Part shown: one piece after another, positions 18,159 to 29,068 of the stretch | Numbering within the stretch: position 1 is the stretch's first letter | Layout of the letters: each line of letters starts with the position of its first letter | DNA from: a virus | DNA length: 64,000 bases | Strand: one strand, 5' to 3' | Virus record (IMG/VR): IMGVR_UViG_3300045988_125846 | Span: 1-64,000 of that record | Program-made: the position numbers and the translations under genes | Notes under the pieces: model-generated | Databases searched by the model: none | Seen by the model: only the letters and a program-made list of their open reading frames with translations | Told to the model about the DNA's origin: nothing

Positions 18159-21100
18159 AGACTGATACTCCTTTCTTTCTCACATACTCAAGCCATTTGC
18201 TATATGGCTTTAATTTTTCTACAATTACCTTTTCTTCGCTATCTTTCTTACAAAGAATTGCTACTTGCTGTCCTTTTTTTACTAAATCTTCATATTCCTT
18301 TAATTGACTATGCCATACAATTCCTTCAACAAGTCCAAAACTTGAATAGATATTTATATATGCGAACTGCTTACCATTCTTATCTTTTTTCTTTTGAACC
18401 TTTGCTATAATTCCAACTAAAGTACATTTCTCACCATCAGGTACATCCTCAAATGGTGTCAAGAATGTATAAGCTGCATCAAATGGATTATCATTGATAA
18501 ATACTTGTAATGTTTGGAATTCCCAAAACTGTTCGTCTTCAAGATATTTTTTGTTATCATCTATGTACTTTTGGAATCTTACCTTCTGATTTTCTTCAAA
18601 CTGTATCTTTTTCAATCTGTTATATTCAGTAAGTAGTGCTTCCTTGTCATATACAATTCGTTTTCCAGATGAAGGAATTACGTACTTCTTTAAGTCAATA
18701 TTCCAATCTTCTTCGAGTTTCTTATAGATAGGCAATGATTGAACTTCTGAGAATTTTAATGGTTGATACTCTGATTTAAGATATGATATAAGTTTTTCAC
18801 GCTTATTTTTACAAGGAATTGCACCAGATTTTATCAGTGCAATAACAGATGACTTACCTAAAGAAAGTCTCTGTATCAAATCATTAAACGATTTGTATAT
18901 ACCATTATTCTCTCTTTCTTCGATAATTTGCTTAGATAGTGATTCACCAATTCCACCAATAGCAGATAAACCAAAAAGAACCTTATCTTTATCAACTGTG
19001 AAATTCATTCCAGAATGATTGATATTCGGTGGCATAATATCCACATTAAAATACCTTGCATCAAGAATATACTTATTAATTGCACCTGCTTTATCTTTAT
19101 TCTGATTGAATAATGCTTTGAAAAAGTAAGTTGGGTAATGAGCTTTGAACCAAGCTGTCTCGAAACAAAGAACTGCGTAACTGTATGAATGCGATTTATT
19201 GAATAGATAACCGCCTTTTTGTGATAGTTCATTCGCAATTTTATCAGCAATTTCTTTAGAATATCCGTTTGCTACAATTTCACCACGAAGAATTTCTGAC
19301 TCTTTCTGTACTAATTCAACTATCTTTTTTCCAATCGCCTTACGGAATAAGTCAGCACCACCGTATGTTCTTCCACCAAACTTTTTAACAATATCAAGAA
19401 GCTGTTCCTGATAAATCATACAGTAATTTGTGTCTTTTAAAATTTCATCCATATCTGGATGAATTGATGGTGGTCTACTTCCACCTGTTGCCATTTCAAC
19501 ATACTCGTCAAGTGCTCCCATACTATCAGGTCTATATAATGCCAAGATGACAGATATAACCTCAAAGTCTAGTTGTTCAAGCTTTGGTTTTAATCGAATA
19601 AGCAAATCTTTCATTCCTGCTGATTCAACCTGGAATACACCATTAGTCTTACCACTTGCTAATAATTCATATGTAGGTCTGTCATTCTCAAATTCTGGAT
19701 TATTGATATCATAATCCCAAGGATCTAAGTGTAAATCATCCTTAATTTCCTTCACAAGATTAAGTGTTGCTACTCCAAGAAGGTCAAACTTTACAATTCC
19801 AATGTCTTCTACATAATGTTTATCAACTTGAATTACATGCTCGCCCTTAGTTCCTATTTTCATTGGCATATAGTCATTAATTGTTGTATCAACGATTCCA
19901 ACACCACCAGCATGAATAGAAACTGTTTTAACACGACCACTTAAATGCTTTGCAATATCAAACAAATCAGCATACTGTGGATTGTCTGCGAGTAAATTTG
20001 GATTTGCTTTCATACAGTCATCCCATTTATCGAATGTAAATTTCTGTGAAAGTTTTTGCATCTGATTATATGGAAATCCAAGTATCTTACCAACGTCAGT
20101 AATTGCAACTGTTGGAGTAATATACGAGTAGTTAATAATCTGGCATACTCTTTCTTCTCCATATTTGTCTACAAGGTAATCAATAATTGCATCTCTATTA
20201 CCAACGTCTGTATCAATATCAGGTAGTCCTACTCGTTCAGGATTTAAGAATCTCTCAAAAATGAGTCCATATTTAATTGGATCAATATCCGTGATATGAC
20301 AACAATAGCAAACTAAAGAACCTGCTGCACTTCCTCTTCCCTTACCAACTTCAATTCCAAGTTTCTCAGCAGCCTTAATAAAGTCCCATACGAACAAGAA
20401 ATAACCATCGAACCCCATCGAATGAATAATACCCATCTCGTAGTTCAATCTAGTTCTTCTTACTTGCTGTTCATCTTCGCTAAGATTATCATATCCTCTA
20501 TCTTTCCAACCTTGTCTCACTAAATGCCATAAAAATTCATTATTATCTCTATATCCATCAGGCAATGGGAATGTAGGTAACTGTGGCTTCTGAAATGGCA
20601 TATCTACATTTTTAATTAAATCTGCTACCTTATTAGTATTCTCTAATCCAAGACATACGTTTTCATATCCAATCTGACTATCCATAATTTCATGGATTTC
20701 ATCTTCAGATTGCATATAGCAACCTTCATATATCTCACTATTTTCGATAGCATTTTTGTCGTTGTTACTACTTTTTCTACCAATCTGAATAAGTTTGTCC
20801 TGATAATACAAATCTTCTTTTTTAGGTGCATGACTATCTGTTGTAATTATAAATGGGGTATTTGTTCTTTTTGAAAGCTCTAAGATTTTTTGGTTATATA
20901 AACACTGATCCTGATGAGAATGTGACTGCATCTCAAGAAAGAAATGGGGAAAAGCTTCTTTATACTCATTGATATATTCAATACACTTTTCGAAATCTGA
21001 TTCTCTTGCTAACTTACTTGCTAAACAAGCAGAAGAAATAACAAAATTCTCAGCATAAGGCTTTATGTCTTCTATTGTGCATCGTGGTTTAAAATAAAAC

Positions 21101-21426
21101 CCTTCAAAGTTACTTTTTGTAATAACCTTGTTTAAGTCTTTTCTACCCTGCTCATTTCTTACCAAACAAATCAAATGGAAATATTTATTGTCTTTGTCAT
21201 TAACAGTAATATCTTCACATTCATATAACTCACATCCATATATCATTTTAATATCTGGATAGTCTTTTTTAATAAGATTAAAATAAATATGGGAATATAC
21301 ATTTCCGTGTTCTGTTATAGCAAATGCCTTTAACCCTATTTCTTTTGCTCTGTCCAACATTTCTTTTGGACTACCATATCCATCAAGTAATGAATAATAT
21401 GTATGGTTATGTAATGAACTATACAT
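18157..21426 (-). CDS. dnaE: DNA polymerase III alpha subunit (DnaE-type, PHP domain)
   Basis: 1089 aa. PHP motif HNHTYYSLLDGYG; polIII core GRGSAAGSLVCYCCHITDIDPI, LPDIDTD, HAGGVGI. Confidence 0.9.
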   Translation of the reverse strand: MYSSLHNHTYYSLLDGYGSPKEMLDRAKEIGLKAFAITEHGNVYSHIYFNLIKKDYPDIKMIYGCELYECEDITVNDKDNKYFHLICLVRNEQGRKDLNKVITKSNFEGFYFKPRCTIEDIKPYAENFVISSACLASKLARESDFEKCIEYINEYKEAFPHFFLEMQSHSHQDQCLYNQKILELSKRTNTPFIITTDSHAPKKEDLYYQDKLIQIGRKSSNNDKNAIENSEIYEGCYMQSEDEIHEIMDSQIGYENVCLGLENTNKVADLIKNVDMPFQKPQLPTFPLPDGYRDNNEFLWHLVRQGWKDRGYDNLSEDEQQVRRTRLNYEMGIIHSMGFDGYFLFVWDFIKAAEKLGIEVGKGRGSAAGSLVCYCCHITDIDPIKYGLIFERFLNPERVGLPDIDTDVGNRDAIIDYLVDKYGEERVCQIINYSYITPTVAITDVGKILGFPYNQMQKLSQKFTFDKWDDCMKANPNLLADNPQYADLFDIAKHLSGRVKTVSIHAGGVGIVDTTINDYMPMKIGTKGEHVIQVDKHYVEDIGIVKFDLLGVATLNLVKEIKDDLHLDPWDYDINNPEFENDRPTYELLASGKTNGVFQVESAGMKDLLIRLKPKLEQLDFEVISVILALYRPDSMGALDEYVEMATGGSRPPSIHPDMDEILKDTNYCMIYQEQLLDIVKKFGGRTYGGADLFRKAIGKKIVELVQKESEILRGEIVANGYSKEIADKIANELSQKGGYLFNKSHSYSYAVLCFETAWFKAHYPTYFFKALFNQNKDKAGAINKYILDARYFNVDIMPPNINHSGMNFTVDKDKVLFGLSAIGGIGESLSKQIIEERENNGIYKSFNDLIQRLSLGKSSVIALIKSGAIPCKNKREKLISYLKSEYQPLKFSEVQSLPIYKKLEEDWNIDLKKYVIPSSGKRIVYDKEALLTEYNRLKKIQFEENQKVRFQKYIDDNKKYLEDEQFWEFQTLQVFINDNPFDAAYTFLTPFEDVPDGEKCTLVGIIAKVQKKKDKNGKQFAYINIYSSFGLVEGIVWHSQLKEYEDLVKKGQQVAILCKKDSEEKVIVEKLKPYSKWLEYVRKKGVSV

Positions 21427-21436
21427 AACTCACCTC

Positions 21437-23212
21437 CTACCAATCATCGTCTTCATCGTTACTATTTGTACTAATAACAGCTACATCCTCAATAATAATC
21501 TGTGGTGTTCTAATACCGTTATATTCATTTATTGAAGGTTTTCCGACAATATTAAATGTAATACTATCATTATCATCCCATGCGTTTTGAAGAAAATCAT
21601 ATAGCCGATTACCTTCTTTACATTTGAATTGAATGTACTTAATATCATTCACCATAAAACTGATAGTATCTTCATTTTTACCGAATACTTCAAAACAATC
21701 TCTTGTTAATGATATATTCTCTATTGCAAGCATAGGTTCATCAATTCCTTGACAAATAATATCTTCAAACTGTGATAACTTAATAATTAAAGGGATTGTG
21801 ACATGATTAATGTCTAAGATAAAATCCACACGATATGTAGAATCATATTCGGTATCTTTAAGAATACTGTTCATCGTATTGATTGCTTTTTCTTTATCAT
21901 CAACTGGTAAATCTACAATACCAAAGGCATTTGCATGACCTTTGCCATTAACAAATTCTGTTGAATTAACAATATCTTTAAAACTATCAATTGGACTATT
22001 ATCAATATTTCTTGCACTACCGCCAAATACAGTTGTCTTTGTCTTTTTATCAAAATGTTTCTTTAGCAGAATACAAGGTTTATTATATTGCTCTGCAATT
22101 TTAATTGCTACAACACCAGTTAATCCACTATCAAGTAAGTTAGATACATCAACCATAATAACTTTATCATCAATTGGAAGATTATCTACAACTTCTGAAA
22201 TGGCTTTTACGCCTTTTTCTTTCATTTTATCTTGTCGTGATTTTGCATTTTTACAAAGTCTAGCAGCTCTATCATAAATGCTTTCCTGAATTGTTTCTGC
22301 TGGTTTATCCTTTGTGGCTCTTTTTTTATATTCAAAGAACTCATCTTTTTCAATAAAAGCTCTAAATAACAATTCCTTTTCATCATTTGAACCAATACGA
22401 ATCATTCCATTTAAAACTGGTGTTATGTACCACTGTATATTATGAATATTAACCTTGCCATTCATACTGTAATCCTGGACTTTTATAAGTGCTTGTAAAC
22501 ATTTATTCTTAATGTTCAGTAATCCAATATTTGTAATGTATCTTGTTTCAAACGACCTCATATCCATTACATCACTAATATTTGCTAATGCACATAAATC
22601 TAAATAATCATCGGCAAACTCATTCCATGTCTCTGTATCTAATGCTTGTAAAAACTTATATACAATACCTGCACCACAAAAATCCTTGTTAGAATAATCT
22701 ACACTCATCTGATTATTAACAATTAAAGCATATGGATTATCTTCTTCTGATTCATGGTGATCAAGAATTAAAATATCAATTCCACGACCAACAAGTTCCT
22801 TGCACTGTGATGTATCATTTGTTCCAGCATCAGGAATAATCAATAACTTTGTATTTTCCGATACTGTAATATCATCGTCTAATCCATGTGATTTTGCTCT
22901 TGTATGTAATATGTAATTGACGGGATATTTATTGTCCATTTGTTTGATATATAAATACATCATAGCTGCTGAACAAAATCCGTCTGGATCTTCGTCAACC
23001 AATATTTCAATCTTATTTTTTTTATTAAAATGGTTCATAAATAGCTCAACTGCACTGTTTATGTTATCCAATTTATCATACGGAATTACAACACTATCAT
23101 CTAAATTCAGATATTTATTATAGTCTTCAATTCCTCTATTTTTTAAAATTTCCTTTATTACATTGGAAGTGTTATTATCGCTATTGTCATATAATTTATA
23201 TTTCAAGTACAC
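21437..23212 (-). CDS. RecJ-like DHH-family phosphoesterase / ssDNA exonuclease
   Basis: DHH motifs VDEDPDG, IIPDAGTND, ILDHHE. DHHA1-like GGSARN...GHANAFG. Confidence 0.8.
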   Translation of the reverse strand: MYLKYKLYDNSDNNTSNVIKEILKNRGIEDYNKYLNLDDSVVIPYDKLDNINSAVELFMNHFNKKNKIEILVDEDPDGFCSAAMMYLYIKQMDNKYPVNYILHTRAKSHGLDDDITVSENTKLLIIPDAGTNDTSQCKELVGRGIDILILDHHESEEDNPYALIVNNQMSVDYSNKDFCGAGIVYKFLQALDTETWNEFADDYLDLCALANISDVMDMRSFETRYITNIGLLNIKNKCLQALIKVQDYSMNGKVNIHNIQWYITPVLNGMIRIGSNDEKELLFRAFIEKDEFFEYKKRATKDKPAETIQESIYDRAARLCKNAKSRQDKMKEKGVKAISEVVDNLPIDDKVIMVDVSNLLDSGLTGVVAIKIAEQYNKPCILLKKHFDKKTKTTVFGGSARNIDNSPIDSFKDIVNSTEFVNGKGHANAFGIVDLPVDDKEKAINTMNSILKDTEYDSTYRVDFILDINHVTIPLIIKLSQFEDIICQGIDEPMLAIENISLTRDCFEVFGKNEDTISFMVNDIKYIQFKCKEGNRLYDFLQNAWDDNDSITFNIVGKPSINEYNGIRTPQIIIEDVAVISTNSNDEDDDW

Positions 23213-23218
23213 ACCTTC

Positions 23219-24259
23219 CTATCTTAATCTATATATATTATTCTCTACCAAATGCTTCCAATTTGTAGGATTATCTGTGGGGGATTCTTTTTCTTGAAGA
23301 ATATTATCTTCATCAAACATATAATAAAGAGGAACACCATCTGGAAATCTTTCAGCTAATATTTCCAATTCTTCTTTGGTTACATCTTTATCAAAGCAAA
23401 AAATAATATCTACTCCAAGTCGTACCAACATATCAATCTGATATTGGGATAATTCTTTTCCACCTGTTCCACCAGCATTTTGATAACCGTAACTCCATGC
23501 TTGTTGTACAAATTTCTCTGCTTCACCTACATAAATACGTCCTGTTCTTTTTATATATGGAAGAGTCTTATATAACCCATATAGAATTTTCGACTTTGCA
23601 CATGGCTCTAAATAAATATATTTATTCATTCCATCAGGTACTTTTCTATCAAAATATCTTGCTTTTACACCGACTAAATCTCCTAATTCAGAACGAATGG
23701 GAATTGTGTATCGGTTTGTTTCTTCATCAAAACCTATTTCAAACTCTCTTTGTGTTTCATAATCTATATGGTCTTCGTAGAATAAATCGTTTACATAAGG
23801 CTTATAATACGAAAGTATTTTCTCCGAAATAGGTTGTAATGGTTTTTCTTTCTCTTCTGATATATTAGAATCCATATCTTCTAACATTTTCAGTATTTTA
23901 AAACTATCAGGAATATCCTCTTCAAAATCATGATAATAAGACATTCCTATTTCTGAGCATATTTCCTTTAATCCTTCTGGAAATGTAAGATTTTTTATAT
24001 AACAAACGAGGTCAAAAATATCTGTCTGTCTACTACCTTTTATCATTTGACGAGTTTTATTGAGACAAATAAGTGATTCGTTATTATATAAAATAATTGC
24101 TCCCTTATTATCTCCATCAGGATTACCAGCAGTCCAATATGCTCCAACTGAATGATATTTGATATGGTGGCAACCAACGGATTCTAATATCTGTTCACAA
24201 TAATTATTTTCATATATATAATTCTTCAACTCTTTTACATCCAAGCTGCCACCCTCCAA
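23219..24259 (-). CDS. DNA primase (Toprim domain)
   Basis: Toprim signature YVGEAEKF...DIIFCFDKD. Located between the DnaB-like and RecJ-like genes. Confidence 0.7.
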   Translation of the reverse strand: MEGGSLDVKELKNYIYENNYCEQILESVGCHHIKYHSVGAYWTAGNPDGDNKGAIILYNNESLICLNKTRQMIKGSRQTDIFDLVCYIKNLTFPEGLKEICSEIGMSYYHDFEEDIPDSFKILKMLEDMDSNISEEKEKPLQPISEKILSYYKPYVNDLFYEDHIDYETQREFEIGFDEETNRYTIPIRSELGDLVGVKARYFDRKVPDGMNKYIYLEPCAKSKILYGLYKTLPYIKRTGRIYVGEAEKFVQQAWSYGYQNAGGTGGKELSQYQIDMLVRLGVDIIFCFDKDVTKEELEILAERFPDGVPLYYMFDEDNILQEKESPTDNPTNWKHLVENNIYRLR

Positions 24260-25813
24260 TTAGTCACTATTTTTTGGTTTTTTAATGATATAACCTATAT
24301 TTCTCCAAATATTTAAGTTCAAATCAATCTCAAATAACATAATCTTGTCCTTACTACCTGCTCTGTTTTTATCTGGTTTGATACAAAAATATTGTTTACT
24401 TAAATCCAAATCCTCCGTCACTGGTTCACCCCAAGAATCACATTCTAAAACAACTTGATACTTATGGTATTCTTCCTTATTTAACTTTTTACCAATATTC
24501 AGAATATCAGCTACATGCTTTATCTGTTTTGCATTGGCAATGTTATTACTACTCAAACTAAAAATATCCGTAAATACCGTATCATCGCTTAACTGGAATA
24601 CTGCATATCCACTCATACGAAGTTCTTTTGTTAATTCTTTCAATTTAGTTGCAAACTGTTTAATCTGTGACCAATCATCAGTGTTATAACCTTTTAATGT
24701 GTCATAACCATAATATTTAATGTTTTGAACCATCTTTGCTTTACGCAATTCAAATTCAATTCTCTCAGGACTATAATCATCTCCAACATCTTTGAACATA
24801 ACTTTGCCCTTACGATCACTACTATCAATCCAATCTGTAACTTTTTTTACATTCCAATATTCCTCTGACGTATCTTTTATTCTCTTTATGTAATCTTCAT
24901 TACTTTCAAGATAAACACCATTATCATCAATTTTTCTTCTGATAATGTCACCATTTTTATCATGGTACACGCCTAACACAATTTCTTTTTCGGGTTTCGT
25001 TAAATGGACTCCATGCAGATCTTGGAACTCTTTGTTATTGATAACAGTTGTAATCAAACAGCTACGAAGATCCTCCTCATCCATCTCATTACTCATAAGG
25101 AAAAAATTCTCATTCTGTACGAGTGCAACATAAGCTGCTAATAATACAAGTTTTCTTGTTTTACCCTCATTAGAAAGAAATCCTTCAAATAATACCTTTG
25201 TCTCTCTAAGTCCAAGAAAATATTCATTATACATATACCAAGGGAAAGGTAAGCCGAAATTTGGCTTTTCAAGATATTTGTCAATCTGAGATGAGTTTTT
25301 GTCAGTAAGTTCTACTGCTTCTTCACCAGCATTTATTACTGTATTTATCTTATCTGCTTTTGTGCGAATAATTCTGTAAATGTCATTTGGTGACATTTTA
25401 TCGAAATTTCTATGAGATAATATTTTTTCAACTGGGAATCCATTTCTTCCATATTCTCTAACCAATGAATATTTTTTAACAGTATCAAAATAATTTTTCA
25501 CATCATTTTCGTCTGCTAAAGTCATATATCTTTGAAGAGTTTTCCATCCCTTATACTGTTTGTATAATTTAAGTCGCTCCTCATTCTGACTCATAAATAC
25601 ATTCATCTTTATCTCATCAACTGTTTGAGAAAATGTAAGATAATATGTTTCAAAACTATCATAAAAAAACTTCGTTGCAGGATCAGAGAAATCATATTTA
25701 CTTCTCATAAAATTGCTATAATTTACAATCAAATCGGGAGACTTTAGCAATGCACCCACAAAACATATTTCTGATTGTATATTACAATCCTTTAATTCAT
25801 GCTCATTGTCCAA
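24260..25813 (-). CDS. DnaB-like replicative helicase
   Basis: N-terminal DnaB-like SEICFVGALLKSPDLI. C-terminal RecA-like part with degenerate Walker A (SNEGKT) and KNRAG-type motif (PDKNRAGSKDK). Confidence 0.7.
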   Translation of the reverse strand: MDNEHELKDCNIQSEICFVGALLKSPDLIVNYSNFMRSKYDFSDPATKFFYDSFETYYLTFSQTVDEIKMNVFMSQNEERLKLYKQYKGWKTLQRYMTLADENDVKNYFDTVKKYSLVREYGRNGFPVEKILSHRNFDKMSPNDIYRIIRTKADKINTVINAGEEAVELTDKNSSQIDKYLEKPNFGLPFPWYMYNEYFLGLRETKVLFEGFLSNEGKTRKLVLLAAYVALVQNENFFLMSNEMDEEDLRSCLITTVINNKEFQDLHGVHLTKPEKEIVLGVYHDKNGDIIRRKIDDNGVYLESNEDYIKRIKDTSEEYWNVKKVTDWIDSSDRKGKVMFKDVGDDYSPERIEFELRKAKMVQNIKYYGYDTLKGYNTDDWSQIKQFATKLKELTKELRMSGYAVFQLSDDTVFTDIFSLSSNNIANAKQIKHVADILNIGKKLNKEEYHKYQVVLECDSWGEPVTEDLDLSKQYFCIKPDKNRAGSKDKIMLFEIDLNLNIWRNIGYIIKKPKNSD

Positions 25814-25823
25814 TATTTATCTC

Positions 25824-26519
25824 CTATCCAAAAATATCATCCACCAAGTCTGAAATATCATCTGTGTTATCATTAGTTTCTTCCTTAGATATATTTGTAT
25901 AACCAATTGATTGACTAACAATATTCTGTGATTTTTCTGTTTCTTTCTCAGCTTCAAGTATTTTTTGTTTTTCTTTCCACCTTAAATAACTATCATATTT
26001 ATTTACCAAAATAGATAAATCATATGTTAATCGTACTTCTGGTTGCATATGAATACCTTTTACTTCATTTTTCTTAGCAATACCATTAAGCATATCAATT
26101 TTTCTTTTCCACATATCAAGTAGGTCTGAAGGTGGAATACCTGCTGTCATTCCCTTAAATGTACCAGCATAGATATTACTTAACTTCTGCCATACGGTAG
26201 TAGGGATAATTGTCAAATCATATGCTTCTTTAATAAACTCAAATATCTCGTCTTGTTCTATTGCTACTGCGAGATGCGAATATGTATCTTTTTTTATAGA
26301 ATCAATGTGGTCATATACCCAAGTCCATTTTGCTGATACGTCTGCTCTTTTATTAGCAATACGCTTCTGACATATATTGATAAAGCAACTACTATGATAT
26401 GTTTTTTTATCATAGTAGATTGCATCGTCAATATTATTCTTGTTTATATAAAGGTTTTCTCCGCAACAACCACATTTTCTTTTAACGCCATTTTTATTGT
26501 TACCTGTGTATCTTGCCAT
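25824..26519 (-). CDS. hypothetical protein with N-terminal Zn-finger-like motif
   Basis: ATG at 26519 (MARYTGNNKN..., SD AAGGTAGGA); track start is 26552. CGCCGENL...H..C pattern. Confidence 0.5.
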   Translation of the reverse strand: MARYTGNNKNGVKRKCGCCGENLYINKNNIDDAIYYDKKTYHSSCFINICQKRIANKRADVSAKWTWVYDHIDSIKKDTYSHLAVAIEQDEIFEFIKEAYDLTIIPTTVWQKLSNIYAGTFKGMTAGIPPSDLLDMWKRKIDMLNGIAKKNEVKGIHMQPEVRLTYDLSILVNKYDSYLRWKEKQKILEAEKETEKSQNIVSQSIGYTNISKEETNDNTDDISDLVDDIFG

Positions 26520-26544
26520 AATCCTACCTTTACATAAGCCAAAT

Positions 26545-27699
26545 TTAATCAAACATTGCTAATACTTTATTAAGAATCTCAACATCAGTTACATTCTTGT
26601 ATGCTGTAGGAAGTCCTGCTGCTTCAAGCTTTTCCTTCATGGCTTTCTTCTCAATTGGTGGAAGTGCATTTCTTTTAGCAATGATTTCTTTCTTAATCGC
26701 TTCAATATCTGCATGTCCATCATTAGATGTAGTATCCTCTTCAGTTGGTTCGCCAACCTGACCAAGAATTTCCTTTCTATAAATATCCTGCTCAATATCA
26801 ACAGCTTTTGTTAAATCATTCTTGAGAACGAATTTTGATTTTCCTGCTGTTTTATCAATAACTGCCTGCCAGTCAACCAATGTTGGATCTTCGATAGTTA
26901 CATAATCATCATGTACATGGGTTCTATCCTTTTCAATCCATGCACAAACTGTTCCGTCTTCATTTCTAAACATACGAATCTCAGTCTTAACATTGTGATC
27001 CATTCCTTTAAATCCATCTGGAATCTTTCTTCCAGTAACCACACTCTGAGTTGTTCCATCAGGTAACTTAATTGTTTCCTTCTCATCTGTTTCTCTTGCA
27101 GTTACAATATAATGAACACCAGATGACATTAAATCAAGAATTAAATCCTGACCTTTAAAATTAACAGTCTGGTAATCCTTTAATTCCATTCCAGCCCCTT
27201 CAATTTTTACGAGCCTAGCATCTCCTACAAGTCCATCTTTATCAGCTTTAACCTTATTTCTCTTTTTAGAGAACTCTACTAATCCCTGTTTTGTTGTTAA
27301 ATTAAGAATTGTAGTACCATCAACAACAATTGCATCTGCTCTAAATGGTTCTCCATCCGCATCTACAACAACATCATCTGTTTCATTGCCATCATCGTCT
27401 AACTCATAGAAATCTTCATTATTCTTTACCTTTGCAATATACTGTCTTACTTCTCCAAGAGACTGTGTATAAACAATATAAATATTTTCAAGATTTACAC
27501 CATTTGCTTCTAAATCGCCAAGGTAATCATCAATTGAACCAGACTCAGGATCAAGATATAAAACTCTGAAAGGCTTTCCATCAGGACGCTTAAAATACGC
27601 AAGTTGCATTGCCATAGTTGATTTACCTGTAAATGGTTTACCATATAAAATCATTCCTAATTTACTTTCTGTTACTGATGCTTTTCTTGCTTTTGCCAT
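26545..27699 (-). CDS. RecA-fold AAA ATPase (Sak4/AAA_24-like)
   Basis: Walker A GKPFTGKST. Phage replication/recombination context. SD GGAGGAA upstream. Confidence 0.6.
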   Translation of the reverse strand: MAKARKASVTESKLGMILYGKPFTGKSTMAMQLAYFKRPDGKPFRVLYLDPESGSIDDYLGDLEANGVNLENIYIVYTQSLGEVRQYIAKVKNNEDFYELDDDGNETDDVVVDADGEPFRADAIVVDGTTILNLTTKQGLVEFSKKRNKVKADKDGLVGDARLVKIEGAGMELKDYQTVNFKGQDLILDLMSSGVHYIVTARETDEKETIKLPDGTTQSVVTGRKIPDGFKGMDHNVKTEIRMFRNEDGTVCAWIEKDRTHVHDDYVTIEDPTLVDWQAVIDKTAGKSKFVLKNDLTKAVDIEQDIYRKEILGQVGEPTEEDTTSNDGHADIEAIKKEIIAKRNALPPIEKKAMKEKLEAAGLPTAYKNVTDVEILNKVLAMFD

Positions 27700-27766
27700 T
27701 AAATAATTCCTCCGTAATTCTATAATATTGATTTATTGGAACGCCATTTCTGACGTTCCATTTATT

Positions 27767-27776
27767 TATTCTCTGT
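27767..27776 (-). promoter_or_regulatory. gene-boundary motif ACAGAGAATA
   Basis: Plus strand tattctctgt, 8 nt after the SSB-like stop. Confidence 0.4.
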
Positions 27777-27784
27777 TATGAGAA

Positions 27785-28861
27785 TTAATCCCACGCTTCA
27801 TCGTCTCCATCATCGAGATCTGTTTCATCTCCCCAATCGTCATTAGAGTCAGAACCAAAACTCTCCTCTGCCTTATTTGCATTCTTAATCTTTGCAATAG
27901 CCTCTGTTACATTCTCCTCTGTGTAAAGTTCCTTATCAATTGAAGAACCCTTTGCTCCTGTGATAATAAACTCTCTCTTTGTAGGTGCAGATACTTTCTC
28001 AATACTGTCTTCTTCACCCCAATTGTCATCATCATCTGTTGTAACTGTCTCTGTCTGAGTAGAGGAAATCATATGTCCACTTACCCTGATTGCGTTATAA
28101 GGACTAAGTGACTTCTTAAACTTATTAGCAAGTGCCTTGTCCTCAATAATGAACTGAACATCCTCGATATTGCTGTATGTAACAATCTTCGCAAGGACAA
28201 TGAATCTACCTGTTGCCTTATCGTTATCATCCTTTTCCTGCTCGATTCCCATAAAAATAATTACCTGGTTGAAATCATTCTGTTTCTCAAACTTCTCATC
28301 ATCAAAGTTTACTTCTGAGCAAAGTGAAATCTGATTTGGAACAAGTTTTGTAGATGTTCTCTTGTTACCCTTATCATCTGTAAAACTGCTATAATCAAGA
28401 TTACCTCTGATAAATACAGAAGATCCATCCTTCAGATTTTCCTTAACTTCCTTACAAGCATCAAAATCTGTAAGAACCTTCTTGTCATTAACTGTCTTTC
28501 CTTCTGAGTCAACCTTCTTCTTTACACCGATATTTTTTCCAATTAAGCGGAAGCCCTCACGGTTATAGGAAAATCTATCAGCCCAAGGTACTTTAACTAC
28601 CTCTGCTTTTTCTCCCTTTTTCTCAGCTTTCTTATAAAAATATACATTCTCCTGTTCCATGCCCTGAAGATTGACATATAATGTTTCACCATCAAGATAG
28701 CTTGTACCAAAGTTAAGCATTCTCATAGGCTTTCCGCTCTTTGTCTTAATCTCCTTGAAAGCTGTGTCCTTTTCCATACCAGATACAATTCCCTTTAACT
28801 GGAACGCACCCTTTGTCTCAGGTAAATCAAATAATCTTCCTTTTTTCTTTGTTTCTGCCAT
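27785..28861 (-). CDS. putative ssDNA-binding protein
   Basis: 358 aa in the replication module. Strongly acidic C-terminal tail DDWGDETDLDDGDDEAWD as in SSB interaction tails. The fold cannot be verified by eye. Confidence 0.5.
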   Translation of the reverse strand: MAETKKKGRLFDLPETKGAFQLKGIVSGMEKDTAFKEIKTKSGKPMRMLNFGTSYLDGETLYVNLQGMEQENVYFYKKAEKKGEKAEVVKVPWADRFSYNREGFRLIGKNIGVKKKVDSEGKTVNDKKVLTDFDACKEVKENLKDGSSVFIRGNLDYSSFTDDKGNKRTSTKLVPNQISLCSEVNFDDEKFEKQNDFNQVIIFMGIEQEKDDNDKATGRFIVLAKIVTYSNIEDVQFIIEDKALANKFKKSLSPYNAIRVSGHMISSTQTETVTTDDDDNWGEEDSIEKVSAPTKREFIITGAKGSSIDKELYTEENVTEAIAKIKNANKAEESFGSDSNDDWGDETDLDDGDDEAWD

Positions 28862-29025
28862 TTTAAAAATGTCCTCCTTATATGTAATAAAATTTAATAA
28901 ATAACTTATATATAAACGCCCTTCTCAGGACGGAACATGGAAGTAAATCTATATGAAAATTTATCCATAAACAGTGATTTTTGAGTGCAAAAACCCAAGG
29001 GTATGCTGCTAACCACCCATATTTT

Positions 29026-29035
29026 TATTCTCTGT
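29026..29035 (-). promoter_or_regulatory. gene-boundary motif ACAGAGAATA
   Basis: Plus strand tattctctgt, at the head of the long SSB leader. Confidence 0.4.
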
Positions 29036-29068
29036 TCAGTTATTTGTTTTTGGAATTGTTTGACTTGA

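Noticed and set aside
28862-29068. A tRNA or suppressor-tRNA gene in the larger non-coding gaps (also 41546-41722, 47104-47254 and 5929-6027).
   Set aside because: No cloverleaf-compatible stems or T-loop/D-loop consensus are visible by eye. A tRNAscan-SE run would be decisive.
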